This document shows positions 20,637 through 32,417 of a stretch of DNA of 64,000 bases, piece by piece. Within the stretch, counting starts at the first letter, position 1. Each line of letters begins with the position of its first letter. Origin of the DNA: Azolla caroliniana (taxonomy: Eukaryota; Plantae; Polypodiophyta); contig JBHGNT010000001.1 in assembly GCA_043228905.1 (NCBI GenBank), positions 7,440,001 through 7,504,000 of the forward strand. The letters are read 5' to 3'. The notes below the pieces were generated by a model. It made no database searches, was not told the origin of the DNA, and was given only the letters and a program-made list of their open reading frames with translations. The position numbers and the translations under genes are program-made.

Positions 20637-23600
20637 ATGGATTCCGAGCGCCCATGGCAATCTTATCATACTGTCTTCACCAATGCTAAAGCAGGTAAGA
20701 CGAAGAAGAAGAAGAGCCGCACTTTTCTTTTGAAAAAAAAAAATGTTAAACAAGATCTGAAGAGACAAAATGGGACTCTTCATTCTTGTTTCTTTGTATG
20801 CTAGGATTATATGCTGCTGTGTTCAGCATGTTTTTGGAGATTAAGCTTAGGAACAACCTACTTGTTGAGGAAATACTTGGAAGTAGTTGTCCTTCTTTCT
20901 GGCTGAATACATGGTTTTTATTGTTCCTTTTCGAATTTCTATAGACTCCAAAAACATGTTAAAAAATATAATCGATTTAATAAGACTGAATAGAATTGTT
21001 CTAATCTCGAACATACATTAATCAATGAGGAAATTAATCGATACAATTCTATTCAAATTCACGTTTTTTAAATAAGAGCTTCACATCCTCTTTGGGAGCC
21101 ATAGATTCAGTTACAAGGCCATTGTGACTAGTTTCAGAAGACGTTTGTCAATATGGAACATGGAAAAATCAACGAACAAATTAGAAATACAATTCTATTG
21201 AGTCTATTAAATCAATTATATTTTCTAACATTTTTTTGGAAGCCATAGAAATTTAGAAAGGAAGAATAAAAACCATGGATTTAATCAGGGAAAAGTGAAA
21301 CTACTGGCAACCATCAAAACCAATACTGAACATGCACCGAGATCTATATTATTTCCTAGATTTCTTACAAACGAAGGCGAAACAAAATGAGACTGATATA
21401 TGTATCAACTCCCATTTAAAAGAAAATATAATGCATGGGAGAAATAATTCAATCACGGTTATTAACTCAATTGTGATTGGCATTTTGAAGCCAATACCTC
21501 AATCTATATAGTACAATCAATCTCTTGGTGATAGTAGCTAGAAAATGGCTTTCTTAGAGCCCCAAACCGAAACCACGCATTCACACATTGTAAATTATCT
21601 ACAGGCGAAAATTTGAGCACACTTACCAAAGGATGAACAGATTCTGGGATCAACTTAAGGAAAAGATCATATTATGCTTCTCTTTATGCTGCTGCTGATG
21701 TGATAATTTCACCTGAAGTACATTCTCTTCCTATATGTTATTTAAACTTTTTGCAAAACAAGTGGTTTTGTTAGAAACACAAAAGTCATGATAGTAAGAA
21801 ACTGAGCAGCCAAAGGCCTACACATGATTCACCTGCAAGGGTGAAAACGTTGGAATAATGATCCCTTTCAACTATTTGAGCATTGATGCACCAGAAAATA
21901 ATGGGTAAAGTGCATGTATATGAACATGTTAAAGGCTGAACGGACCAGCAATAGCATGGAATAGACGGTGATAGAGATGAAAGCTGGAATTCAATTTTGG
22001 TTTATCAAGTAGAAATTTGGGGAGGAGCCATATCTCAATCTAGATGGACGACATCGAAATAGCATAATTTATTTTTGAAAGGTGACATTCAAGTGTCAAA
22101 CGAACTGCCCTGCACCTTATCTATTGGATAGAAATAGTATTCTTACATTTGTCAATGTGAATCTATATCAGCTCCCCAAAGAATAAAAAAAGGGAGAAAA
22201 ATGAAGACCACATATGCAGACCTTAGTTTAGGTATGTCATTGCATTGCTCAGTCTATTATGAGATCAGAAGAAGTTATTAATCTCTGTTTCGAGAAGGAA
22301 TCCGACCTCTCTGTGGGGCAAGGGAGTACAATAGTCAAAGATACTTATCTCTCTTATATCTAGAGATAAAGAGACATAGAGGGAACTTTCTTGAGGGAGA
22401 AGTCATACTCACAAATGCGCCTCAGCAGAGAACTTTTACAGATTTCTTCTACATGGATACTACTAGGGATGATCCTCATAATGTACAAAAAAACCTTCCA
22501 CCCAAAGTGGATTTAAGACTGAGAGGAGTCACAATGGCTAGAGACCATTGGTCTTTGTTGTAGATGTTGTGAATAGGAGCATGGATCTGGGAGCATCAGA
22601 TGGCATCCGAGACACCCTTCATGTATCACTGAACTTTCCATATTGGATCAACACATGACTTCCGCTTTCAATTGGCAGCAATTTCAGGTTCAATGATCAG
22701 CCACCAAATCTGATTGTTGGTTATTTGTGATAACAATTTCATGAAGGGAAACAGGGTAGGAAGCCATTTTGTTTCATTACTGACATTGAAAAATTAACAT
22801 AAATAGTTGTCATCTTTATCAGGTGCTATAGGTCTTTTGTAGATACTAATATATGTTACTTTTTTCTTTCTAAACTGATTTGGTCTTCACCAGGAGTTAA
22901 TATAACTTTCTTTTTATCTAATCCTCAGCACTTTGAAAGCTTTCTTCATGACTATGTGTTTTTTATATTTCCTTATCTAAAAAGCTTTATTTAACAATCT
23001 ACTAATTGCTTGCTAGAATTCTTAAACTATATAAGAGAGTCATAAATCTCGATAGTATGGTAAAAGAAATCTTAATACTTCTCAGTAATTTTCTTGCATT
23101 ATTCTGCAATATGCTCGAAATGCAGGAATGGATGGAGTGGACAAAGAGAAAGTTCAGAAGGTGGTTTATGAGATGACCAAAGGGTCAAAATACTTTGAAC
23201 ATGAACAGAGAAAAGAAGCCATAATATTGCAACGCATTAAACACATGGAAGCGCAAGCTGCTCTTTTAACGGAAGGTGAACTTGTAAACTACAAGAAGGT
23301 GGTTACTAAACATATTGTAAATATAAATATACATATCTGAGGAGTATGATCAATCTTCTTCCAAGCTCCAGCATGCAAATGCAGTTGACACCTTTGTTCA
23401 AATAGTGTGCTCATGTGCTCATATGCTTGGAGATTTAGAATACATGATACACATATGATTGGGTAAATGTGTTTGGTTTGGCATTCTCAGTTTCTCATTC
23501 ATATTCGTTTTGAATGTTACCATTTGGAAGTTAGATTGTCATAAAGGACTAGCCATATAAACAAATTGGAATTGTAAACATATAGGTCTTGTTCTAAGCT

Positions 23601-26600
23601 TAAAATGCAAATAATCTTAACACATTTTGTTCACATTGTGTGCTCATGGTTGGATATTTAGAATATAGATATATAGTTGGGTGGGGTTTAGGAACAAAAT
23701 TTGCAAGTGTCCTTGTCACTTGCGATTTCCAATTTGTACTTATTGGCTGGATGTTTAATATTTGGAAATTGGATTGCCAGTCATTTCTTCATCATATTCA
23801 ACATGCATATAAACTTTTACAAGCCTTGCCTTTTCAATTTATAGGTGTGTAAAACAGAAATGTTCTAGTAGTGAATTGTCAAATTGTTAAGTCAAAGCTG
23901 TCTCTTAAATTTTTGGCCTGCGGGATTGCTTTCCCATCTCAAAATTTCAGCATATCTGCTTAGTTTCAGTTAACCACATTGTTGTATTTTGGTTAATGTA
24001 GGCTGCAGATATGAAAATTACTGCTTTGGAGGCTGAAAGGAACCTCTCCCGTATTTGGATGCATGTGGATCTTGATGCATTCTATGCTGCTGTTGAAACA
24101 CTAGAAGATCCATCTCTTGCTGCCAAACCAATGGCTGTAGGAGGGATGTCAATGATATGTACAGCAAATTATGAGGTCTTAGATCTGATTCAATTGAATT
24201 TGGGTGGTAAATTATCTGATTTAATTCTTGGGCCCAACTAGTAAGCACATTCATGGACATTTGTATGTTCTGTGTATAGGCTCGCAAATTTGGTATCCGG
24301 GCAGCTATGCCAGGCTTCATTGCTTGTAAATTGTGCCCAGACTTGACATTTGTTTCTCCAAATTTTGAAAGATATACAGAGTATAGTGAGAAAGTGCGCC
24401 AAGGTATTGTCACCATTTAGTTACTGAGGAGGAAAATTAAGAAGCTTTGATGCTTAACTGTTATTGTTGTAACTTGTCAACATCATCATCATCATGAAGA
24501 AATTAAATTTTTTTATTAATTATGTGAATGGTGGCCTACTTCCATTGTTGTTATAGATTTTCATGCATTTTCGTGGGGATAGTGACAATCTCCTCTGTTT
24601 ATTAAATTTGGATTATGACAGTTTTTCGTCAATACGATCCTCATTTTGTTGCAAGGAGCTTAGATGAGGCATACTTGGATATTACTGAGCAATGCATGCA
24701 ACGCAATATGACTTCCGAAGCAGTAAGTGCGTGATAGAAATTTTCTACTAATACATCCTATAAATATTCAATGTGCAGACTGACACATTCATCTCAAGTT
24801 AGCAGAGGAACTTCGGACCCGTGTACGAGAGCAAACAGGATTAACATGCAGTGCTGGGGTGGGGCCCAATCGCATGATTGCTAAGGTATTTTCTCATGCC
24901 AAAGGTATCAGATTGATAGTATTTGAAATGGAATCGTATATATCAATGTTTTTGTGCTTTACATTTCTCACTCCTCTGACAATGCAAATAGAGATTTCAT
25001 AAGATTGACCATACTATGCATGAAGAAATCCAATTATCTTATACTTGCCAAGCTGTAAAGATTGGCATTTGCAGCTTGCATGCAAGTGTGTTGGATCTAT
25101 CTATTATTTATTTTTGTCTATTTTTTCATTCTTATTTTGACATTGGTCAAGAAGATACCATCATTAATGAGAATCCAGTGAAAGATACCTAAGGAAGATT
25201 TGTGTGGGGTACAAGAAAAGAATGCAGTTCATATAGATCCGGGGGGTTGGAACTAAAATTAGCTATGAGACTAAAAGACTCAAAATTCTGCCGTAAAAGC
25301 TGAACTGGAGGAGATAGAAATTCGGTTTAATATTTCTCTCTAGCAACTGTAGTGCTCGTTTTTTGGAGTTTAAGAGGGGTTTCGTAGCTCAATCATTTTT
25401 GGGAAAATATTCTTTGCCTCCAATCTATACTATATTTTGATTACTGAATTATTGTTTATTAACATGTCTTTTGAGTACAGGTGTGCTCTGATATCAATAA
25501 ACCAAATGGGCAGTATGTAGTTCCCAATCAAAGGGCAGCAGTCATGGCATTTGTGTCAACACTACCCATAAGAAAAGTGCAGTTGTTATCCTATTTCAAT
25601 ATGTGTTATCTTTTAAGAATGCTATATAAGATTTGAACTTCTTGCTGGCAGGTAAGTGGCATAGGCAAAGTAATGGAACGGTTATTGAAAGAAATCTGCA
25701 GTGTCTATGTGTGTGAAGATTTATTAAAGCAAAGAGCCCTCATTGTAGCTCTATTTTCTTCTATATCATCAGGTGTATTTGATTACTTCACACATACTTC
25801 AAACTTGTTTGGGTTGGAATCTATACTTAGCATGTACATATTCATAGTATATCTAATCAATTAAGAATTGGAGAAAGATGATAGATGGTAATTGGTTGGA
25901 CAACAACCTCAGAATCATATTTGAAATATTTTCCCAACACTAAATTTCTTGATAAGGCTGTGCACTACAGACTTCTTGATGTCCGTGGGTTTGGGCATTG
26001 GAGGATCTGATACCCCTCTGGAGGAATCACGGAAGAGCTTGAGTTGCGAGCGCACCTTTTCTGCGATCAGCAGTGAGGAAAAGCTATTTGCAAAATTAGG
26101 TATCTCTGCTCTATAAAGTAATGTGAATATATAGCATCAAACTTATATCAGAGTTGTGTTCCTGTGTTGATATTATGAACCACATTTTGTCATCTGCATA
26201 AGTAATTTCCAAGGATATGTATGATCCCTACTCCCCATCTCTCCTCTTTTTTCTGATAGATTTTACTGTTTTTTCATTCTTTTTCTATAAAAACTTCTCA
26301 TTCCGTACATAATGCCCAAAGCCACAGATGCTACCATAATGTGTGGCCACATTTGCTGACATGCAATAGAGAGCTGATTGAAATACCCAAATTTCTGGAC
26401 ATGATAAGATTTTTCATGCAGAAGAAAACAATAGTGCACAACCTTTATGCCTGGAGAGAGAACTTCAGGCATTGCACCAAGAAGCTCTTTAAGTCATAGC
26501 TCTGATAAGCTGAAAGAAAGGGCATCGAGTCTTTTGAGTGTAGACTTGAAAGTAGACTTACGAGCCGTCTTATTCCATATTGCATGCTGCATCACCATTC

Positions 26601-29600
26601 ATTACACAAATCTAAATTGCTTAGGCTCCAAGGAATGCACTATTCAATTATAACTTGCACCAAATTTCTTTTGGTAGAGATTTGAAAAACCATATCGATG
26701 TGCTACTGTTAAGAAAGCATAAAAGAAATCACCATCATCACCGCAGAAAGTGTTCGAATTGGATTGCACCAAACTACGAAATGGAAGAAAACTTGAGAGA
26801 GAAATAGCAGGTCTATGCTATGGTAAATCCACAACATAGACGTTTCCTCAAAAGATACAACTCCGAATTTGGGTTCATCTGGGACTTTAGGGAACTGGCT
26901 AATGGCTATAGTCAGTCTCCAAAATCTGTGGGAACTAATTCACCAAGTCCAAGAACAATTCTGTAAGGATTTGGATAAGAATGACAACTTAGCAGCGCAA
27001 CAACAAAGGATGCTCAAAACAGACATAAAGGAGGGGCTGCAGGCTTGGTAGTTGCTTAGGCAAATTTCCAAATCCAAAACGCTTGATAGTTTTGTAAGTG
27101 ATAAATTATCAGAATCCCCTCCACTATCTTATTGTCGAGTTTTGTAAACAAAAATCACGAGCTCTAGATAGTATTTTCCTTTTACTCTTGCAAATTAATC
27201 TCATGTACAGTAGAGATTCATTTATGTACTTTTAACACTTCATCCTACTTAACCTTTAGTTCATATAAGGTTATTGTCATCAGATCTATCAATGTGATCT
27301 GTTGTTTTTATGTAATACAGAAGAGCTTGCAGAAAGTCTCTCAAAAGACATGGCACTTGAAGGTCTGCAAGGTCGTACATTGACATTGAAGCTCAAGACA
27401 ACAAACTTTGAGGTAAAGTAAAAAATCATGTACCTTATTTATCATGTTCAAAGCAGTAAAGAGGATCATGCACTGTGAGATGAGAAGACTGATGCAAAAA
27501 ATTATGAAAATTCAGAGTGATAATGATGATATATTAACATCCGGGGTAAACATGAACCATAGAAGTAACTATGACTAAAAACACTCCGAAATGCGTTTAG
27601 ATGGGAGATTTTAAAATAGTAAAAAGAAAAAAATAAAACCTGAAATGAAGAACTAAGCTTGTTTTCTAATTTCACTGTTTGAACTTCCATGAGTTTGGTT
27701 CTGTTGTTTCATCCTTTTATGAGTTCTTGAAAGCTAGTGCAACCTTACGGGGATTCCTGAAAACTCTACCTGATGTGTTCACTATGTTGAGGCATTCTAA
27801 AGCAACAGCTTCTCTGTTTCCACTATGTTGAGCCAACATACATCACGTGTTCTCTTTTCTTGCTCAATATCCAGCCTATCATGGTTTCTATTTTCAATAT
27901 TTCTAGACATGGCCCAATCAATGCGATACCACAGCTCAGTTGATTCAGCATTGACCAACTGTCCTTGATAATTTTCCCAATATTTAATATTCAATTTGAG
28001 TGATTAAACATGGACTCAGGTTCGTATGTCCCTTTCTTTTCCTTTATGTGCACTCAGATATTCTTCAACATGCCATTGTTGTCCTGAACGTTTTTTATGC
28101 ACTTGATTAATGGATGAAGAAATTTTTTGTGATTTTTTGCGGTAAGCATCCAATTTCCCATTCGACATTGGTGACACAATTCTGGAGCATTGCCCTTACT
28201 TTCAGTATATACTTGTGCACTCTTCAAAGGGCATAAAACTCTATTGACCTTTGTCCAGTTTCTAGAAGCATTATGGATTATAGGGTTGTGTCCTTAACCC
28301 TTTTTTTGTGTATTCTCTATTTCATTGCAGGAGGTTGCTGAAAAACCTCCACAAACCTCAACTGGGAGAGGAACAGGGAGAGAGAATGAGAAAAAATGAA
28401 AGAAAATTATGGTAGCGTCTACTAGAGGCAGAAATCTGCCTATGAGACAAATTATGCTCACAAATATTGGTGAATTCAATTTATAATAAATGATGACTGA
28501 TGAAGTAACATACTAACATTGTAATAAGTTACAAAAAATAGTGTCACAAATCTGTGAATCACTCTAGACTCATATTCATCTCATGGTCACTCGGCACTTC
28601 TCTCACTCTCAAACTTGGAATGCTGACAAGGAATCCATTACCTCCACTGGCTTAATAAAATGTCATTTATTTGCAGCATAAAATGTTATCCATGTTCCTT
28701 GTACCTGTATTTTGGCTCTGAAGGTACCATGTATTTTTGCAGGTTCGGACAAGATCTGTATCATTGCCCTTCCTTGTCCACAAGAAAGAAGACGTAATGT
28801 TTCATGCTACAAAGCTTTTGAAAGCAGAGCTACCTATATCGTTGAGGTTGATGGGTAATGATGTAATGGATATAAATATAAATGCAATATTGAAATAGAT
28901 AGTTTAATGAGATGGTTTCGTTCTGTATTTGTGCTTGGATATAGAAAGAAAGAAAGATATATTAACATCTTCTAAGAACAAAATTGGCCCATGATACAAT
29001 TGGTTTACAACAAAAATAGGGTATTTACCCATTCATCGAAAGTAAAAATAAAAATAAAAATAAATAAAATAGAGAAAATGGGAAACTAACCAGCTTCAAA
29101 TGGATGATAGGTCTCCGTATATCTCAGTTTCATGGTGAATCAATTGACCCTAATCAAAGGACTTTGGCAGACTTCTTTATTAAACCAGTCTGTGGTATCA
29201 AAACGTACTGTGAGGACGAAGACCCTACGCAGAAAACAGATATGGAAATTACCAATACCAACATAGATGAAACTATGTGTAGCACTTTACCTTCTCTAAA
29301 CACTGAAAATGTGCTACAACCTTTTGACACACCATCGAGCTCAGCTTCTAATTTGTGTGTTTCAGCCAATGAGATTGATGAAATAGCAACTTCATCTAGG
29401 TTAGACTTTTCTGACACCATGACTTCATGGAAAGCATCATCAGAATTTGAGAATTGTAGGTTTCTGAGTTCTGTTACATGGACTGACGACCACTGCTCAA
29501 TTTGCAAACTAGAAATTCCATCTGACTTCACTTCTGAGAGGCAAGAGCATATGGATTTTCATGTTGCTGAAATGCTGCAGCAAACATATTCGAGTAGTGA

Positions 29601-30347
29601 TCACTTGATGGAGCTTCCTAAGAGCTTCCAAAAAAGCAAAAGACTTAGGTAAAATTAAATATACTAGATCAGTATAGTGTGTTTGTAACTTGGTGGCTTA
29701 TGTTGCGTATTGTTTTTTACCTAATGCAGCTTAAATACGAACATGGAAATTACCAATACCAACATAGATGAAACAATGTGTAGCACTTCACCTTTTCTAA
29801 ACACTGAAAATTTGCTACAACCTTTTGACACACCATCGAGCTCAGCTTCTAATTTGTGTGTTTCAGCCAATGAGATTGATGAAATAGCAACTTCATCTAG
29901 GTTAGACTTTTCTGACACCATGACTTCGTGGAAAGCATCATTAGAATTTGAGAATTGTAGGTTTCTGAGTTCAGTTACATGGATTGACGACCACTGCTCA
30001 GTCTGCAAACTAGAAATTCCTTCTTACTTCACTTCTGAGAGGCAAGAGCATATGGATTTTCATTTTGCTGAAATGCTGCAGCAAAAATATTCGAGTAGTG
30101 ATCACTCCATGGAGCTTCCTAAGAGCTTCCAAAAAAGCAAAAGACTTCATAGGTAAAATTAAATATACTAGATCAGTATAGTGTGTGTTTGCAACTTGGT
30201 GGCTTATGTTGCGTATTGTTTTTTCCCTAATGCAGCTTAAAGACGAACAAAGAGTTGGCCCCCAAAAAAGGGCGTATGCATAAGGCTGAGGAATTGAAAG
30301 AATCTTCCAAATGCCTTCCGATAGATGCTTTTTTCTCAAAAGCTTGA
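20637..30347 (+). CDS. POLK: DNA polymerase kappa (Y-family, DinB), about 779 aa including the duplicated exon
   Basis: Exons 20637-20694, 23126-23298, 24002-24175, 24280-24403, 24622-24722, 24799-24885, 25481-25576, 25652-25772, 25971-26099, 27321-27412, 28743-28854, 29111-29648, 29730-30152 and 30236-30347 sum to 2340 nt, in frame. Motifs: NAKAGMDGVDKEK..GSKYF (N-clasp), HVDLDAFYAAVE, ANYEARKFGIRAAMPGFIA, SLDEAYLDIT, TCSAGVGPNRMIAKVCSDINKPNGQ, RKSLSCERTF, LRLMGLRIS, zinc finger(s), and a C-terminal PIP-like IDAFF. Confidence 0.93.
20877..21310. mobile_element. Long imperfect inverted repeat (MITE/foldback-like) in POLK intron 1
   Basis: 20877-21005 (..CATGGTTTTTATTGTTCC..AATTTCTAT..AATAGAATTGT..CTAAT) is the reverse complement of about 21180-21310. 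Weaker similarity extends to about 20770 and 21420. Confidence 0.7.
26300..27130 (-). mobile_element. Probable degenerate L1-type LINE 3' fragment in POLK intron 9
   Basis: The minus strand shows GG..F followed by FWIWKFA and further Trp-rich remnants (WTW, EIWCK, AIWNK), typical of the post-RT region of plant L1 ORF2. Heavily disrupted. Confidence 0.4.
29242..30248 (+). repeat. ~500-bp tandem duplication inside POLK (29242-29742 / 29743-30248)
   Basis: Manual alignment gives about 19 substitutions, one 3-nt exonic indel and one 2-nt intronic indel. Confidence 0.97.
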
Positions 30348-31312
30348 GCTCATATGAACTCATTATCCATCCACCACAAAATTATACAGTTATAGAAAAG
30401 TTTAATAAATCTATTGTATAGAAAATTGAATGCTCCTCACATCTAGCCTATAATGAGCTTGAGCTCCATATGAACTTATGCTTTATTCTTTACAAAATTA
30501 TACATTCATAGAAAAGTTGAGGCAGGCTATTCTATCGAAAATTGAATACTAGTCACCCCTATCCTCACCTCAGTCTATAAAGATATGGCACAGTAGTGTT
30601 GAACATATTGTTATCTATAGCTGTGATTTGAATCCCTGGTATCTTTCCAAATGCTTTGGTTTTCAAGACCAAATTTGGTAACCATCAGTAATCAACAAGA
30701 AAGCATGCTAAGCGTTCAAGTCTTTGTAAATCACACACACCTTTAGAAAATGTAGGTTGTATTCACATCCTCTTTGGCCCAGCTGAAAGGTTGAGCATTG
30801 TAATTATTATTTCATTTTTGGATTGATAGGTTAAAATATATGAAAAATGGTGTACATAAATAAGGCATGATATCAACGTCCAACTTATCAAGCATAACAA
30901 CATAGTGTTTAGATTCTTTACAAAGCGGCTATCTAGGTAGTGATTGGTGTCTTGCCAAGTTTGTGACCAAATGTAAATGAACATTTGTGAACTAGTATTC
31001 TAATGTGAAATGGCAAAATGCATGTTTAGAGTTTTTGAATTTCTCTTGCAGACTATTTAGTTAAACTGGCCAAACAGCTCTTACACCCCTTTGATTTTAG
31101 CCCCCTACCATTGTAATGAAGTCATATACAGAGCAGACTAAAGATTAAGAGTAGTGGATGATCTCTAGGCAATAGTTTGAATTAAGAAACTCAAAATACA
31201 GTTATTTAGAAATTCAGACATGATACAATCTAATGCAGATATTTTATCCTTAGTGAACTGCATTGAGATAAATGTCCATGTAACATAGTTTTCTAGGTTT
31301 TAGTTGCTTTAT

Positions 31313-31745
31313 CTTCCAATATTTGTGCAAGACAAGCAGATGCCCTCTCTCAATATTTTATCACCAGTCTTTACTTTTTGTGCAAGATCTCTGCGATAAA
31401 ATAATCCATCTCAATGGTTCATTGTTCACTATAGATTACATAAAAGTTTATAGTATACCAAATAGTACTACAAGCCTAAAGATGGGGTTGTTCATTAAAG
31501 ATTAATAAGTCTGCACCCTCTTCCAATACTTCCAATATTTGTGCAAGACGAGCACATGCCTTCTCTCAAATATTGTATCACCACTCTTTACTTTTTATGC
31601 AAGATCTGTGATAATATAATCCATCTCAATCGTTTATTGTTCATTGTACATTACATACAAGTTTATAGTATACCAAATAGTACTAATAGTACTATAAGCC
31701 TAAACATGTGGCTGTTCATTAAAGATTAATAACTCTGCACCCTCT
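31313..31745. repeat. ~216-bp diverged tandem duplication
   Basis: CTTCCAATATTTGTGCAAGAC...TTCATTAAAGATTAATAA.TCTGCACCCTCTT at 31313 and 31529. Confidence 0.9.
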
Positions 31746-32417
31746 TACGAAATTCCAATTCAACAGTTTCTAGAAATTATAGATCAAGAACCAAAGAAAC
31801 CCTGAATAAGCTCAAAAGAATATCTATCCTTCGATTGTCCAGAATTGTGAAGTGACACAGATACATTAATGTATTTCACAATCAATATAAAATAAAGCCT
31901 AGGTAACTAGTATCTGACCAAGACGATCACCATACATAAAAACCACCACACAGAAATGATATCATATTTAGAGACTGCGAATTTCTGATTAAAAGTATGC
32001 ATGCTCACTATATTCCAAAGATAAGTTATCTACAACGCATACAAGGGGAAGTTGGATCCCAACATTGGAAGCAATAAAAAAATATCAGCAATGAATACAA
32101 CTGCAAAATTAGCAGAACACTAATGTGCTCACCATGAACAAACTACCTACAAGAGACATCACCCACACCATGATATTTGTATTACACTCTCAACGCCATG
32201 ATTTAGTACTACTATACTCACCTATGAATACTATAAACCTCTCCTTTTCGTTCATAGCATATATGCTACAGTTTGTACTCGCAAATGCTGATCCATCAAT
32301 GACAGCATATATTGAGGCCTTAGTACTAGGTAAGAGCTTGCATTTTTTTCACTATGGCAGATGGTACTCTCTCTGCAAGGTTGGGCGATGGCTTTGTTTC
32401 AACTGAAAAACGTGTAT

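Noticed and set aside
21780-22760. Possible further LINE remnant in POLK intron 1
   Set aside because: Only scattered Trp-containing fragments; no ordered motifs could be recovered by eye.
1352-30347. BRCT protein and POLK as a DNA-repair gene cluster
   Set aside because: They are 16 kb apart with unrelated genes in between, and no shared regulatory signal is visible. Proximity alone is not evidence.
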